A stretch of DNA of 64,000 nucleotides from Longimicrobiales bacterium (lineage in GTDB: Bacteria > Gemmatimonadota > Gemmatimonadetes > Longimicrobiales > Gaopeijiaceae): the NCBI GenBank assembly GCA_965226375.1, contig CBDDCX010000005.1, positions 256,001-320,000 of the forward strand. Direction: 5' to 3'. Under the pieces are notes generated by a model. It searched no databases and was not told the origin of the DNA. It saw only the letters and a list, made by a program, of their open reading frames with translations. The first letter of the stretch is position 1. Every line of letters starts with the position of its first letter. This document shows, piece after piece, positions 1 to 10,355 of the stretch. The position numbers and the translations under genes were made by a program.

Positions 1-66
1 TCGGTGGTTCTGGCGAGCATGCTGATCCTGGTTCTGGACGCCTTCTGGGCGCTGGTCCTCCTTTGA
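1..66 (+). CDS. mlaE: C-terminal end of MlaE-family ABC permease (partial)
   Basis: Frame 1 reads SVVLASMLILVLDAFWALVLL*, typical of an MlaE C-terminus; its stop overlaps the mlaF start. Confidence 0.75.
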   Translation, partial: SVVLASMLILVLDAFWALVLL

Positions 67-812
67 GCATCGAACTCAAGGACGTGCACAAAGCGTTCGG
101 GCTGAAGGAGATTCTGCGAGGGTTCTCTCTCGAGGTCCATGAAGGTGAGACGTTGAGCATCATCGGAGCCTCTGGGGCCGGGAAGTCCGTCACGCTCAAG
201 CACTTGGTAGCGCTCATCCAAGCGGATCGGGGCGAGGTTTGGGTGGACGGGCAGAACGTGGCCGAGCTGGAGGGGGACGATCTGTCCGATCTGCGTCGCA
301 GGATAGGATACGTCTTCCAGTTTGCGGCCCTGTTCGACTCCATGACCATTGCCGAGAACGTGGCCATGGGGCTGCGCAGGATTCCCGATATGTACGAGGA
401 AGAGATCGACGCTCGGGTGAGGGAGAGTCTCGCTTTGGTGGATCTCCAGGGGGTCGAGGGGCGCTACCCATCGGAGCTTTCCGGGGGTATGGTGAAGAGA
501 GCGGGCCTGGCGCGGGCCATCGCAACGAGACCCAAATACCTGTTGTATGATGAGCCGACCACCGGGCTCGATCCGATCACTGTAACCGTCATCGACCGCC
601 TGATTGTCCGGATGAGCGAGGAGCTGGGTGTGACCGGCATCGTCATCACACACGATATGAAGAGCGCATACCACATCTCCGACCGGATCGCGATGCTCCA
701 TGAGGGCCGCCTCCGCACGGTCGGAACGGTCGAAGAGATCCGAGAGTCGGCCGATCCGCTACTCAGGGCTTTTATCGAAGGCCGACCGGAGCTGATGGAG
801 TCTGCTCAGTGA
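63..812 (+). CDS. mlaF: MlaF/Mkl-type ABC ATP-binding protein
   Basis: Walker A GASGAGKS, FQFAALFDS, LSGGM signature, LLYDEPTTGLDP; lies between mlaE and an MCE gene. Confidence 0.9.
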   Translation: MSIELKDVHKAFGLKEILRGFSLEVHEGETLSIIGASGAGKSVTLKHLVALIQADRGEVWVDGQNVAELEGDDLSDLRRRIGYVFQFAALFDSMTIAENVAMGLRRIPDMYEEEIDARVRESLALVDLQGVEGRYPSELSGGMVKRAGLARAIATRPKYLLYDEPTTGLDPITVTVIDRLIVRMSEELGVTGIVITHDMKSAYHISDRIAMLHEGRLRTVGTVEEIRESADPLLRAFIEGRPELMESAQ

Positions 813-1819
813 CCCGCCGCCGGGAGTTGCTGGTCGGGGTGGTGGTCCTTGCCGGACTGTTCGTGGGGGTTTTCGGAACACTCTGGCTCCAAGGCAAACG
901 TTTTGGTAGTACCGAAACGGAGATCCACGTACTCATCAGGGATGCAGGCCAACTCGCCGTCGGGAACGGCGTGAAGTTCAGGGGGGTGAGCATCGGGCGA
1001 GTGGGAGATATCACTGTGGAACCCGGAGGCTCCGCGGTCCGGGTCGAGTTACTGCTCGAAGGGGACTGGATTCTCGAGCAGGACGCGGCGGTCGTCATCG
1101 CTCCCGAGTCGATGTTCGGGGATTGGCAAGCCGAAATAGTGACACGCTCCCGTTTTCCTCGCTTCGACTTCTACGAGGTTCCGGCCAACGCACGATTCGA
1201 TGGCGGAATCCAGGTGTTGGGGGGGTTCACGCTGCCCGATCTGTCACGACTGACGGCCGTCGCCGACGAGGTGGCCCAGAATCTGGCGTCCCTCACCGAC
1301 CGTTTCGACCGGGCTTTCAGCGACGAGTCCGCCGATCAGCTGGCTCAGGCGATCGACAATATGGAGGAACTCTCCGCAACGCTGCGTGACGTAGTCGACG
1401 AGCAGTCGGTTCAGTTCACGGGCATCGCCGACGACGTGAGGACGTCTACAGGCGAAATCGCTTCGGCCCTGACCCATGCCAGGGGCTCCCTGGAGCGCAT
1501 CGACGCCATACTCAGCTCGGGTGACGTCGACTCGATTATCGTGAATACGCGAGTCATCACCACGGACCTGCGGGACGCGTCAGGCGATATTTCCTCAGCG
1601 ACCGCGAACCTCAACGAGACGCTCGCTTTGGCGGACTCGACCATATCGGCCCTGAGTCGTATCACCACTCGAGTGGAGCAGGGAGAGGGATCCCTGGGCA
1701 GGCTCATCTACGATACGGCTTTCGCCACTCGGGCGGAGGGGGTGTTGGAGGAACTCAACCTTCTCATGCAAGACATCCGAGCGAATCCGCGCAAGTACGT
1801 GCGGCTCTCGATCTTCTAG
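809..1819 (+). CDS. mlaD: MlaD/MCE-family protein
   Basis: N-terminal TM helix, MCE motif GQLAVGNGVKFRGVSIGRV, helical region, GEGSLGRLI and NPRKY C-terminus. Confidence 0.88.
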   Translation: MTRRRELLVGVVVLAGLFVGVFGTLWLQGKRFGSTETEIHVLIRDAGQLAVGNGVKFRGVSIGRVGDITVEPGGSAVRVELLLEGDWILEQDAAVVIAPESMFGDWQAEIVTRSRFPRFDFYEVPANARFDGGIQVLGGFTLPDLSRLTAVADEVAQNLASLTDRFDRAFSDESADQLAQAIDNMEELSATLRDVVDEQSVQFTGIADDVRTSTGEIASALTHARGSLERIDAILSSGDVDSIIVNTRVITTDLRDASGDISSATANLNETLALADSTISALSRITTRVEQGEGSLGRLIYDTAFATRAEGVLEELNLLMQDIRANPRKYVRLSIF

Positions 1820-1821
1820 CG

Positions 1822-2274
1822 GTGGGGGAACCTCGGGCCAGGATCGAGCGGAGTTCCGGCGGCGTGGTGGCGCGCCGGATCGAAGGCTCAGTGCACTTCC
1901 TGCTCATCAAGGATCCCTACGGGAAGTGGGGGTTGCCCAAGGGCCATCTCGAGGGTGAGGAGAGCTCGGAAGAGGCGGCGGTCCGGGAAGTCGGAGAAGA
2001 AACGGGGCTCGACGAGCTCCGGTTGGGGCCCTCCCTGGGAACCATCGATTGGTACTTTCGGCTGAAGGGCGATCTGATTCATAAATTTTGCGAGTACTTC
2101 CTGATAGCCTCGCCGAACGGAGACACCAGACCCGAGGTGGAGGAGGGTATTACAGAGTGCCTGTGGCTCCCGGTGCCGGAGGCGATCACGGCGGTGGCTT
2201 ACGACAATGCGCGGCAGGTCGTCGAGAGAGCGGCGGAGGCTCTGGCGTCGGACGAAGTGAAAGGCATTCTATGA
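1822..2274 (+). CDS. NUDIX hydrolase (Ap4A hydrolase-like)
   Basis: Nudix box PKGHLEGEESSEEAAVREVGEETG. Confidence 0.88.
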   Translation: MGEPRARIERSSGGVVARRIEGSVHFLLIKDPYGKWGLPKGHLEGEESSEEAAVREVGEETGLDELRLGPSLGTIDWYFRLKGDLIHKFCEYFLIASPNGDTRPEVEEGITECLWLPVPEAITAVAYDNARQVVERAAEALASDEVKGIL

Positions 2275-3533
2275 CGACGCAAACACAGTCGGTTTGGCAT
2301 GTGGTACAAGCCGCTGCGGCACTTCTGGTGCTCGGCCTCTTCCTGTTCGGCGTGCGGGACTTGCTGAACCCGTTTCTTCTATTCTGGATCCTGGTGCTGG
2401 TGCTCTACCCCTTCCGGAAGGTGGAGGGGCACGCGTTGATCGTCCTCGTCGCTGCCCTTCTCACGCTGTATTGGCTGCTGGCCACCACCGGATTCCTGCT
2501 CGCGCCCTTCGTGCTGGGCTTCGTCTTGGCCTACATGCTCGATCCGGTCGTCGATGCCATCGAGGGTCGCGGTGTCGGACGTACGCTGGCCATCGTGCTT
2601 CTCACCCTGCCCGTGGTGGGGCTCGGCGTGGTATTGGTGCTCTTCGGGATCCCCACCCTGATCGTGCAGATGGACCAGCTCATCGAGGCGGCCCCGGCGT
2701 TCCTCGAGCGAATGAGCGGGTGGGTCAGTGGGCTGAGAGAGCGCCTTGTCCTCGCGAACATCCCCGGCCTGGACCAGGAATCGATTCCGGACCCCCGAAG
2801 CCTGGATCCGACTCAGATCGTGGCCTTCCTGCAAGAGCGGCGAGAGAGCCTGGCTACCCAGGCCTGGGCCAGCGTTCTTGGCCTCGGTAGGGGACTCGGA
2901 TCGGCGGCGACGCTGGTAGGGTACGTCGTGCTCACGCCGGTGCTGACATTCTATTTGCTCCGGGACTACGACAGGATCATCGCTCGGGTCCGGGAGCTTC
3001 TTCCGCATTCTCGCCGAGCGGCCATCGTCGATTTTGCCACGGAATACGACGCGTTGTTGGCCAAGTATCTGCGGGGTCAGGTCACCGTCGCCGTCATCCT
3101 CGGACTCCTCACGGGCGTGCTCCTCTTCGTAGTCCGGTTCCCCTATCCTTTCCTTTTGGGGGCGTTGGTGGGGGTCCTGGGGCTGATTCCCTTCCTGGGG
3201 CTCGTTCTCAGTATCATTCCAGCCATAGTCGTGGCACTGATGAGCGGTAACGTGGGGGCCTCGCTGATAAAGGTGGCTGCGGTATATGGCTCCACCCAGA
3301 TCCTGGAGGGCAGCTTCATCAGCCCGCGCATCGTGGGAGAGTCCGTGGGACTCCACCCCGTTTGGATCGTTCTGGCCCTGTCGGTGGGTGGCTTCTTCTT
3401 CGGATTCGTCGGCCTTCTGATCGGCGTGCCCGGCGCCGTTGGCGTCAAGCTACTCGTAGCGCGTGGACTCGATCGCTACCGCGATTCCGAACTCTTCGCG
3501 GGAGGGGAGCCGGGGTCCGTCGAAGGTACCTAG
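2271..3533 (+). CDS. AI-2E family transporter
   Basis: LAYMLDPVV, YLRGQ, LIPFLG and PRIVGESVGLHP motifs; ATG at 2271 overlaps the upstream stop. Confidence 0.88.
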   Translation: MTTQTQSVWHVVQAAAALLVLGLFLFGVRDLLNPFLLFWILVLVLYPFRKVEGHALIVLVAALLTLYWLLATTGFLLAPFVLGFVLAYMLDPVVDAIEGRGVGRTLAIVLLTLPVVGLGVVLVLFGIPTLIVQMDQLIEAAPAFLERMSGWVSGLRERLVLANIPGLDQESIPDPRSLDPTQIVAFLQERRESLATQAWASVLGLGRGLGSAATLVGYVVLTPVLTFYLLRDYDRIIARVRELLPHSRRAAIVDFATEYDALLAKYLRGQVTVAVILGLLTGVLLFVVRFPYPFLLGALVGVLGLIPFLGLVLSIIPAIVVALMSGNVGASLIKVAAVYGSTQILEGSFISPRIVGESVGLHPVWIVLALSVGGFFFGFVGLLIGVPGAVGVKLLVARGLDRYRDSELFAGGEPGSVEGT

Positions 3534-3643
3534 ACCCGACGGTAGCTAGACCCGTCTCCATGGCCCGAGGCCCGGTTGGACGTCTTCCGGTCCCAAGTTA
3601 GACTTCAGGCTGCTGATTCACCGAGAACCGGGCCCCATCGTCA

Positions 3644-4657
3644 TTGACCATGCACCACGACGTACGTGATATCACGATCATCGGAGGCGGACCGACAGGC
3701 CTCTTCGGCGCCTTCTATGCGGGGTTGAGGGAGATTTCGACCCGCATTATCGACTCCCTGCCCGAGTTGGGCGGCCAGCTCATGGCCCTGTACCCCGAGA
3801 AGTATATCTTCGACGTAGGGGGCATTCCCAAGATCCTGGCCAAGGATCTGGCCAGAGACATGGTCGCGCAGGGCACGCAGTTCGATCCGGACGTGGTCCT
3901 GGACGAAGAAGTCCGCGAGCTCGACAATAGAGGCGATCACTTCGTGTTTCGGTGCAGGAGCGGCGACTATGCGAGCCGGTCCGTACTTATCGCCGGTGGC
4001 AAAGGTGCGTTTGAGCCGCGGCACCTCAAGTGTCCCGGCTACGATGACTTGCTCGGCAAGGGGATCTACTACGCCGTAAAGGACCCGGACGACTACATCG
4101 GTAAGAGGGTGCTCCTTGTGGGGGGTGGTGATTCCGCACTGGATTGGGCCCTCAGCCTCAAAGACCGTGCCGAACAACTCACCATGGTCCATCGCCGGGA
4201 TGGTTTCCGGGCGCACGAGGCGTCCATCAAGCAGCTTCACGCGGCTGATGCGGCTGGTGAAATCGATTTGAGAACCTTCTACGAGGTCCGCGAGATCCGC
4301 GGCAACGGCTCCGTCGAGTCTGCCACGATCTACGACAACCGCACGGATGAAGACCTCGAGCTCGAAGTAGATGCCGTGCTGTGTTTCTTGGGGTTCAAGC
4401 CCGATCTGGGCCCAATGAAGTCGTGGGGACTAGCTCTCGACAAGAACAGAATCGTGGTGAGCCAACTCATGGAGACCTCGATCCCCGGCATCTACGGAGC
4501 GGGCGATGTGGTGTCCTATCCCGGGAAGATCGATCTCATCGCCACCGGATACGCTGAAGCTGCCATTGCCGTGAACAACGCCGTGACTTACCTGGATCCT
4601 GAAGCTCGCGTGAATCCCGGCCACTCGACCAACCTGGCGCTATTCAAGGACAAATAG
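3644..4657 (+). CDS. TrxR-type ferredoxin/flavodoxin-NADP+ reductase (YumC-like)
   Basis: GGGPTG, GGQLMALYPEKYIFDVGG, GGGDSALDW, C-terminal PGHST; no CxxC. Confidence 0.88.
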   Translation: MTMHHDVRDITIIGGGPTGLFGAFYAGLREISTRIIDSLPELGGQLMALYPEKYIFDVGGIPKILAKDLARDMVAQGTQFDPDVVLDEEVRELDNRGDHFVFRCRSGDYASRSVLIAGGKGAFEPRHLKCPGYDDLLGKGIYYAVKDPDDYIGKRVLLVGGGDSALDWALSLKDRAEQLTMVHRRDGFRAHEASIKQLHAADAAGEIDLRTFYEVREIRGNGSVESATIYDNRTDEDLELEVDAVLCFLGFKPDLGPMKSWGLALDKNRIVVSQLMETSIPGIYGAGDVVSYPGKIDLIATGYAEAAIAVNNAVTYLDPEARVNPGHSTNLALFKDK

Positions 4658-4755
4658 GGGTGGGAAGTGGACACCGGGACCGCCGGCCACACGAGATCGG
4701 GAACCTCCAAGTGTTCTAATGATCGGTCACTATAAAGACACACCCCACCCGGGGA

Positions 4756-5766
4756 ATGAGGATCATGTCTGAACGCCAACGCGAACAAGTCGTCATCATC
4801 GGCTCGGGCCCCGCAGCCTGGACCGCAGCGATCTATGCCGCCCGGGCGAGCCTGCACCCATTCGTGGTCGAGGGCGCAGGCAGCAGAACCATGATTCCCG
4901 GCGGGCAGTTGATGTATACCACCGAGGTGGAAAATTATCCCGGCTTCCCGGAGGGTATCACGGGTATCGAGATGATGGCCGACTTCAAAGCTCAAGCGCT
5001 CCGGTTCGACACGCGGGTCATCACCGAGGACGTGGTCGAGGTCGACTTTTCGGTACGGCCCCTGCTGCTCAAGACGAGTGGTGGGACCGAAATCGAGAGC
5101 GACACGGTCATCCTCGCGACCGGAGCCAACGCCCAGTGGATCGGCCTCCCGAATGAAGAGCGCCTGGCCCAGAGCGGTGGGGGGGTGTCAGCGTGTGCCG
5201 TCTGCGACGGTGCTCTGCCCCACTTCCGGGACCAGGTCATCGCCATTGTCGGGGGCGGTGACAGCGCCATGGAGGACGCCCTCTATATGGCGAAGTTCGC
5301 CAAAGAGGTCGTGGTAGTGCATCGCCGCGACGAACTCCGGGCTTCGAAGATCATGCAGGATCGAGCCTTTGCCGAGGAAAAGATCCGGTTCGAGTGGAAC
5401 CACGTGGTGACCGATGTCGAGGGGGACGACGTGATCACGGCGGTGGTGCTCGAGAACACTCAGACGGGTGAGGCGCACCGGCTCGAGGTGGGCGGGTTGT
5501 TCGTGGCGATAGGCCACACACCCAACACGGAGTTCCTGGCCGGCCAAGTGGAGCTCAAGTCCAACGGATGGATCGAGACGCCGGTATCGTGGCGCACCGA
5601 GACCTCCGTGCCCGGCGTCTTCGCGGCCGGTGACGTCCAAGACGACTACTACAAGCAGGCTGTCACCGCGGCGGGGACCGGCTGCATGGCCGCGCTCGAC
5701 GCGGAACGTTGGTTGGCGCATGGTGGAGTGGAGAGCGTTTCGGCGGGAGTCGGGGCGGAGGGCTGA
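4756..5766 (+). CDS. trxB: Thioredoxin-disulfide reductase
   Basis: GSGPA, GGQL..TTEVENYPGF, CAVCDG redox pair, GGGDSA, AAGDV. Confidence 0.93.
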   Translation: MRIMSERQREQVVIIGSGPAAWTAAIYAARASLHPFVVEGAGSRTMIPGGQLMYTTEVENYPGFPEGITGIEMMADFKAQALRFDTRVITEDVVEVDFSVRPLLLKTSGGTEIESDTVILATGANAQWIGLPNEERLAQSGGGVSACAVCDGALPHFRDQVIAIVGGGDSAMEDALYMAKFAKEVVVVHRRDELRASKIMQDRAFAEEKIRFEWNHVVTDVEGDDVITAVVLENTQTGEAHRLEVGGLFVAIGHTPNTEFLAGQVELKSNGWIETPVSWRTETSVPGVFAAGDVQDDYYKQAVTAAGTGCMAALDAERWLAHGGVESVSAGVGAEG

Positions 5767-5842
5767 GCCAGGGACCCGGCAGTCATTACGCCGCCACCTT
5801 CCACAACCGCGGGGATGTGCCGGTCACCACGGAGAGCTGCTC

Positions 5843-6559
5843 ATGGATCTCAAAGGGAAGGCGTGCATCGTAACCGGGGCCACTAAGGGCATCGGCCGGT
5901 CCATCGCACAGGCCCTCGCCGGGGCCGGCGCCGATGTGGTGGTGAGCGCTCGCACGGCCGGTGACGTGGAGAGTGTCGTGGCCGAGCTGGACCGCTCCAA
6001 TTCCGGACGGATGGTGGGGGTGCCGGCCGACGTGAGCCGTGCCGACGAGTGTTCTCGGCTCATCGGAGCCGCCGTCCAGGAGCTCGGCCGCCTCGACGTG
6101 TTGATCAACAACGCGGGCGTCGGAATTTTCGCCTCCATCGAAGCACTATCACTCGACGATTGGCAGACCCAGATCGACACCAACCTTCGAGGGGTGTTCT
6201 GCTGTGCGCAGGCGGCGGTTCCGCATCTGAAGGCCACGAAGGGTTGGATCATCAACATCGGATCCCTCGCCTCCCGCAACTCCTTTGCCGGTGGCACCGG
6301 TTACAACGCCAGCAAGTTCGGGCTGCTGGGCATGACCGAGGCCATGATGCTGGACCTTCGTCACTCAGGGATCCGGGTGAGCATCATCATGCCGGGGAGC
6401 GTGAACACGACGTTCTCCGATCACGAGGTCGGCCCGGACAGGGAGTGGGCGCTGGCGGCGGATGATGTAGCCGCGGCGACCCTGCACCTCCTATCCTACC
6501 CCGAAAACTCCCTCGTCAGCCGGGTGGAGATGCGGCCCAGTCGCCCCCCCCAACGCTGA
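5843..6559 (+). CDS. Short-chain dehydrogenase/reductase
   Basis: TGATKGIG, NNAG, YNASK. Confidence 0.88.
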   Translation: MDLKGKACIVTGATKGIGRSIAQALAGAGADVVVSARTAGDVESVVAELDRSNSGRMVGVPADVSRADECSRLIGAAVQELGRLDVLINNAGVGIFASIEALSLDDWQTQIDTNLRGVFCCAQAAVPHLKATKGWIINIGSLASRNSFAGGTGYNASKFGLLGMTEAMMLDLRHSGIRVSIIMPGSVNTTFSDHEVGPDREWALAADDVAAATLHLLSYPENSLVSRVEMRPSRPPQR

Positions 6560-6671
6560 CGGGCCCAGGCTGCCGCTGAGCGGCAATATGGCCGCGCGAC
6601 TCGGGGCGCGATGCCGTACATTCGGGGTATTCAGACCGTGAGTTCAACACGCATACAACCATGAGGCAGGC

Positions 6672-8069
6672 ATGTCCGACGGTCATCGCATAGAACGAGA
6701 TTCCCTGGGCGAGGTGCGGGTGCCCAGCGACGCGCTGTACGGGGCGCAAACGCAGCGAGCGCTCGAGAACTTCCCGATCAGCGGGCAACGTTTCGGCCGA
6801 GGCTTCATCCAGGCGATGGGTCTCATCAAGAAGGGAGCGGCACTGACCAACCTGGAGCTTGGCCACCTGGACGCAAAAATCGCCGAGGCCATTGCGGCGG
6901 CCGCTGCCGAGGTGGCGCGGGGGGAGTGGGATGACGAGTTCGTGCTCGACATCTATCAGACGGGATCCGGCACCTCCACCAACATGAATACCAATGAGGT
7001 GGTCGCACACCGGGCCGATCAGATCCTCGGAGGGGAGGGGGGCCGGGTACACCCGAACGACCACGTGAACTTCGGCCAGTCCTCCAACGACGTTATCCCC
7101 TCGGCCATTCATATCTCGGCTCGGGTTGCGATCGAGCGAGAGCTCATCCCCGCGCTCATGCATCTGAGGGACGCCCTCGCGGTCAAGGCCGAGGCCTTCG
7201 ATCACGTCCTCAAGTCGGGACGTACCCACCTGATGGACGCCACGCCTATCCGGCTCGGGCAGCAGTTCGGGGGCTACGCGCACCAGCTCACGAAGGGTAT
7301 CGAGCGCGTGCGTGCCGCCTCGGCGGGGCTCGGTGAGCTGGCTTTGGGCGGGACCGCAGTGGGGACTGGAATAAACACCCATCCGGACTTCGCGTCGAAG
7401 ACCATCGCACGTGTGGCCGAGGACCTGGGGTTGGAGTTTCGTGAAGCGGACAACCACTTCGAGGCTCAGGCCGCCAAAGACACGGTGGTCGATGCGGCCG
7501 GTACGCTGAACACGATCGCGGTCAGCTTTTTCAAGATCGCCGATGATCTACGGTGGCTGGCCAGTGGCCCGACCTCGGGAATCTCGGAGATCCGTATCCC
7601 CGCGATCCAGCCGGGAAGCTCCATCATGCCCGGCAAGGTGAACCCGGTCATGTCCGAGGCCATGATGATGGTGGCCGCCCGGGTGATGGGGAACCACACG
7701 ACCGTGACTATAGCCGGCCAGCGGGGCAACTTCGAGCTCAATGTGATGATGCCGGTCATGGCCCACGCACTGCTGGAGTCGGTGACCCTCCTGGCGAACA
7801 TGGCCACCACTTTCGCAGACCGATGCGTGGCGGGTATCGAGGTGAACGAAGAGAGGACCCGGGAGCTTCTCGAGAAGAACCCGTCCATCGCCACGGCGCT
7901 CAATCCCTACATCGGGTATGATAAGGCCGCGGAGGTCGCCAAAGAGGCGGCGCGCGAAGGGATTTCGGTGCGCGAAGTCGTGGAGAGACGGGAGCTGATC
8001 GCGCCCGAGCAGGTGGACGAGGCACTCGACGTACGGAAAATGACAGAGCCCGGGCTCCCCGAAGGGTAG
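6672..8069 (+). CDS. fumC: Class II fumarate hydratase
   Basis: [32 protein letters not shown]. Confidence 0.92.
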   Translation: MSDGHRIERDSLGEVRVPSDALYGAQTQRALENFPISGQRFGRGFIQAMGLIKKGAALTNLELGHLDAKIAEAIAAAAAEVARGEWDDEFVLDIYQTGSGTSTNMNTNEVVAHRADQILGGEGGRVHPNDHVNFGQSSNDVIPSAIHISARVAIERELIPALMHLRDALAVKAEAFDHVLKSGRTHLMDATPIRLGQQFGGYAHQLTKGIERVRAASAGLGELALGGTAVGTGINTHPDFASKTIARVAEDLGLEFREADNHFEAQAAKDTVVDAAGTLNTIAVSFFKIADDLRWLASGPTSGISEIRIPAIQPGSSIMPGKVNPVMSEAMMMVAARVMGNHTTVTIAGQRGNFELNVMMPVMAHALLESVTLLANMATTFADRCVAGIEVNEERTRELLEKNPSIATALNPYIGYDKAAEVAKEAAREGISVREVVERRELIAPEQVDEALDVRKMTEPGLPEG

Positions 8070-8189
8070 GCCCGAGCCCTGGTCGCCCGACGTGCCGCGC
8101 TCCGTACCGGCTTCCTTCGCCCTTGCCTCGAGGGAGTCAGCGGCGCGATGACGCAGTCGACACGCCGGGCTTATCAGCCCGCTAGCTGA

Positions 8190-8648
8190 TCAGGCGCTGT
8201 CCAGTTTGAGTTGAAGCTCCGTGCGCCGGAACTCCTTGTTCTTCATCGGGACCGGCACTCCACCATGAGGCAGGATTCGAGTCACCGAACCGTCCAGGTA
8301 GAGCGGGTACGCCCAAGCGCTTCCGAACCGCACCACCTGGATCAACTCCGGCCGCTCCTGATTGCTTGGGGGGGACACTGCCTCGGTGATTCGACGCCAA
8401 ACCCGATCGACGAGCCCCATGCGCTCGGTCACGGAGCCGGCCCACATCGCTAGTTGGAGCAGTTTCCGATCCGCCTCGCTCATCGACCGGATCACCCTGC
8501 GGTGCCCAGGAAAACTGTGCGAGAGCAGAAACGCCAGTGCTTCCGCCTCGGGTGCGGGGTCTACGGTGATCTCATGGTTCCCGGGCATCCGTACTCGGCA
8601 ACGGTCTGAAACGTCCAACCAACCATCTGCATGTATGCGCGTTCTCAT
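8190..8648 (-). CDS. Hypothetical protein
   Basis: 152-aa ORF with gene-like composition and ATG start after GAGG; no recognised motif. Confidence 0.6.
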   Translation of the reverse strand: MRTRIHADGWLDVSDRCRVRMPGNHEITVDPAPEAEALAFLLSHSFPGHRRVIRSMSEADRKLLQLAMWAGSVTERMGLVDRVWRRITEAVSPPSNQERPELIQVVRFGSAWAYPLYLDGSVTRILPHGGVPVPMKNKEFRRTELQLKLDSA

Positions 8649-8955
8649 TTGTTTGCCTCAATCAGAGCGGTCGTTCGTGCCCGTTCGGAGGGGCATTAAT
8701 GGAAGAGTCGTGCCGTGAAAGTGGGGAGGAGTAGGTGGGGTGTGGAAAACACGCTTAAGTGTTTATGAGATAGTCTGTTACGTCCTGTGGGAGCCCCTCC
8801 CTCGATGCGGGTATGGGGGGGGAGTGATAGGCATTTTTTAGTCAGAATCGGCAAGAAGTACGCATAGAAGCCTGGTTCGTGGAGGCCTCCTCAGATCTTT
8901 CCGCCCACGAACCGCGCGGGGGCCTCAACGCGCCCGTACTTCTTCAACAGCCTTC

Positions 8956-8985
8956 TAGACAGGGAGCCGGGCCCCGGCCTATATT
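8956..8985 (+). promoter_or_regulatory. Sigma70-like promoter for the putative 6S RNA
   Basis: TAGACA(8956)-N18-TATATT(8980), about 8 nt before the start of the RNA stem. Confidence 0.5.
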
Positions 8986-8992
8986 CGATATC

Positions 8993-9144
8993 GGCGTGCT
9001 GGGGGGCTCGTTTATTGAGCCAACACCCGTGAAGCCGGGACTGACTCTTTCGGACTACGTCATGCCCTGAGAAGGGAAGGCGAAACTCGGAAGGAGGTCA
9101 CCCAACAGTGTCCCTGGGCTTCAATAATTCCCCTCTGGTGCGCT
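8993..9144 (+). ncRNA. ssrS: Probable 6S RNA
   Basis: Rod-like fold by eye. GCGTGCTGGGGGG pairs with CCCCTCTGGTGCGC, TTATTGAGCC(9012) with GGCTTCAATAA(9117), and GGGACTGACTCTTTCGGA(9037) with TCGGAAGGAGGTCACCC(9087). These leave a central open bubble. TTGAGCCAACA...CACCCA...GGGCTTCAA resembles known 6S motifs. Confidence 0.75.
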
Positions 9145-9145
9145 T

Positions 9146-9180
9146 AGAGAGGCCGAAATCCTTTGGGTTCCGGCCTCTCT
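9146..9180 (+). terminator. Hairpin after 6S RNA (terminator or processing site)
   Basis: Perfect 10-bp inverted repeat AGAGAGGCCG / CGGCCTCTCT, extended by an inner stem. Confidence 0.6.
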
Positions 9181-9333
9181 CGTCGTATGAGGACGGATGC
9201 CGTCCAACGGCGGTGGCGATGCGTGACTCTCTACATCTCTCCTCGGACTTGCCTAGACGCCAGAACTGCGGGTAGCCTAGACGTTGTCGTCGTGAATGAG
9301 GCGAAGCCTTCCCCTCCAACGAGATCAGAGTTC

Positions 9334-10338
9334 GTGAGCGGAAAACTGCAGAGAGCGATCGAAGAGCGCCTTGCCCTCGGTGCCCTCGAATACGAGGTGC
9401 CTAAGTCGACCGAGGGCTGGAAGTACATGCTCGGGGGCATAACCGCCTTCTTGATCGGGGTCATCGTCGTCACGGGCCTGTACCTGGCCCAGTTCTACAA
9501 TCCCACTCCCCAGGGGGCCCACGACAGTGTGCTCTACATCATCACCCGTGCTCCGTTGGGCGATTGGGTTCGCAGCTTACATTTCCTGGCGTCCGGCGCC
9601 CTCGTGGTGACGGTGACCGCTCATCTGGCTTACGTCTTTTGGAGAAGGTCCTACAAGCGGCCTCGTGAGATGACGTGGTGGGCCGGTGTGATCATGGCCG
9701 CCTTGATCTTCCTGCTAGTGATCACTGGGACCACCCTTCGGTACGATCAAGAAGGTTTCGAGGCGCTGCTTCACTTCGTCGCAGGAGGCAACCTCACGGG
9801 GGCCTTCGGGGCGTTCTTCACCGACGACTTTACACCGAGCACCTCGCTTCTGTCTCGGATTTTCAGCCTTCACACGAGCCTTCTGCCCTTGCTGCTCGGG
9901 TTGCTGATCGGGCTGCACTTCTGGCTCATTCGCCACCTCGGGATTCATGCCGACTCGTCGCAGACAGGAGTCTTTCGGGTTCATGCCACACGTTTGGCCG
10001 GATACGGTCTGCTCCTCTTCGCCGGGTTGGGTATCCTCGCGCTCCTTATTCCGGAAGGGATCGGCTACCCGGCGGTGCCCGGGGTGGAGATCACGAAGCC
10101 GTTCTGGCCCGTCCTCTGGGTGTACGGGCTGGAGAACCTGTTGGGGGCGTGGGGGATGATCCTGGGCCCCGCCGCCGTCTTCGTCTTCCTGATGGCGGTA
10201 CCACTGCTGGATCGCGATGAGGATGACACGCCCGGTCGCCACGGGTGGGTAGGGTGGATAGGAGTGGCGTTGGGTGTCATTATACTGTGTCTTTGGCTGT
10301 ACGGTGTGTTCGGTGAGGTACAAGAACACATGATGTAA
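9334..10338 (+). CDS. Cytochrome b/b6-family protein with no adjacent Rieske or cytochrome c gene
   Basis: LGG..., TGLYLAQFY, four heme His in RSLH...AH and SLH...LH, YKRPREMTWWAG; PEWY position reads PFWP; start uncertain. Confidence 0.85.
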   Translation: MSGKLQRAIEERLALGALEYEVPKSTEGWKYMLGGITAFLIGVIVVTGLYLAQFYNPTPQGAHDSVLYIITRAPLGDWVRSLHFLASGALVVTVTAHLAYVFWRRSYKRPREMTWWAGVIMAALIFLLVITGTTLRYDQEGFEALLHFVAGGNLTGAFGAFFTDDFTPSTSLLSRIFSLHTSLLPLLLGLLIGLHFWLIRHLGIHADSSQTGVFRVHATRLAGYGLLLFAGLGILALLIPEGIGYPAVPGVEITKPFWPVLWVYGLENLLGAWGMILGPAAVFVFLMAVPLLDRDEDDTPGRHGWVGWIGVALGVIILCLWLYGVFGEVQEHMM

Positions 10339-10355
10339 TCGAGGGGGAGAACGAT

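Noticed and set aside
8741..8749. Replication origin
   Set aside because: Only one DnaA-box match, with no box cluster and no dnaA/dnaN context
8879..9319. Short ORFs 8879-9070 (+) and 9098-9319 (-)
   Set aside because: They overlap the 6S-like structure and its hairpin and show no coding signal
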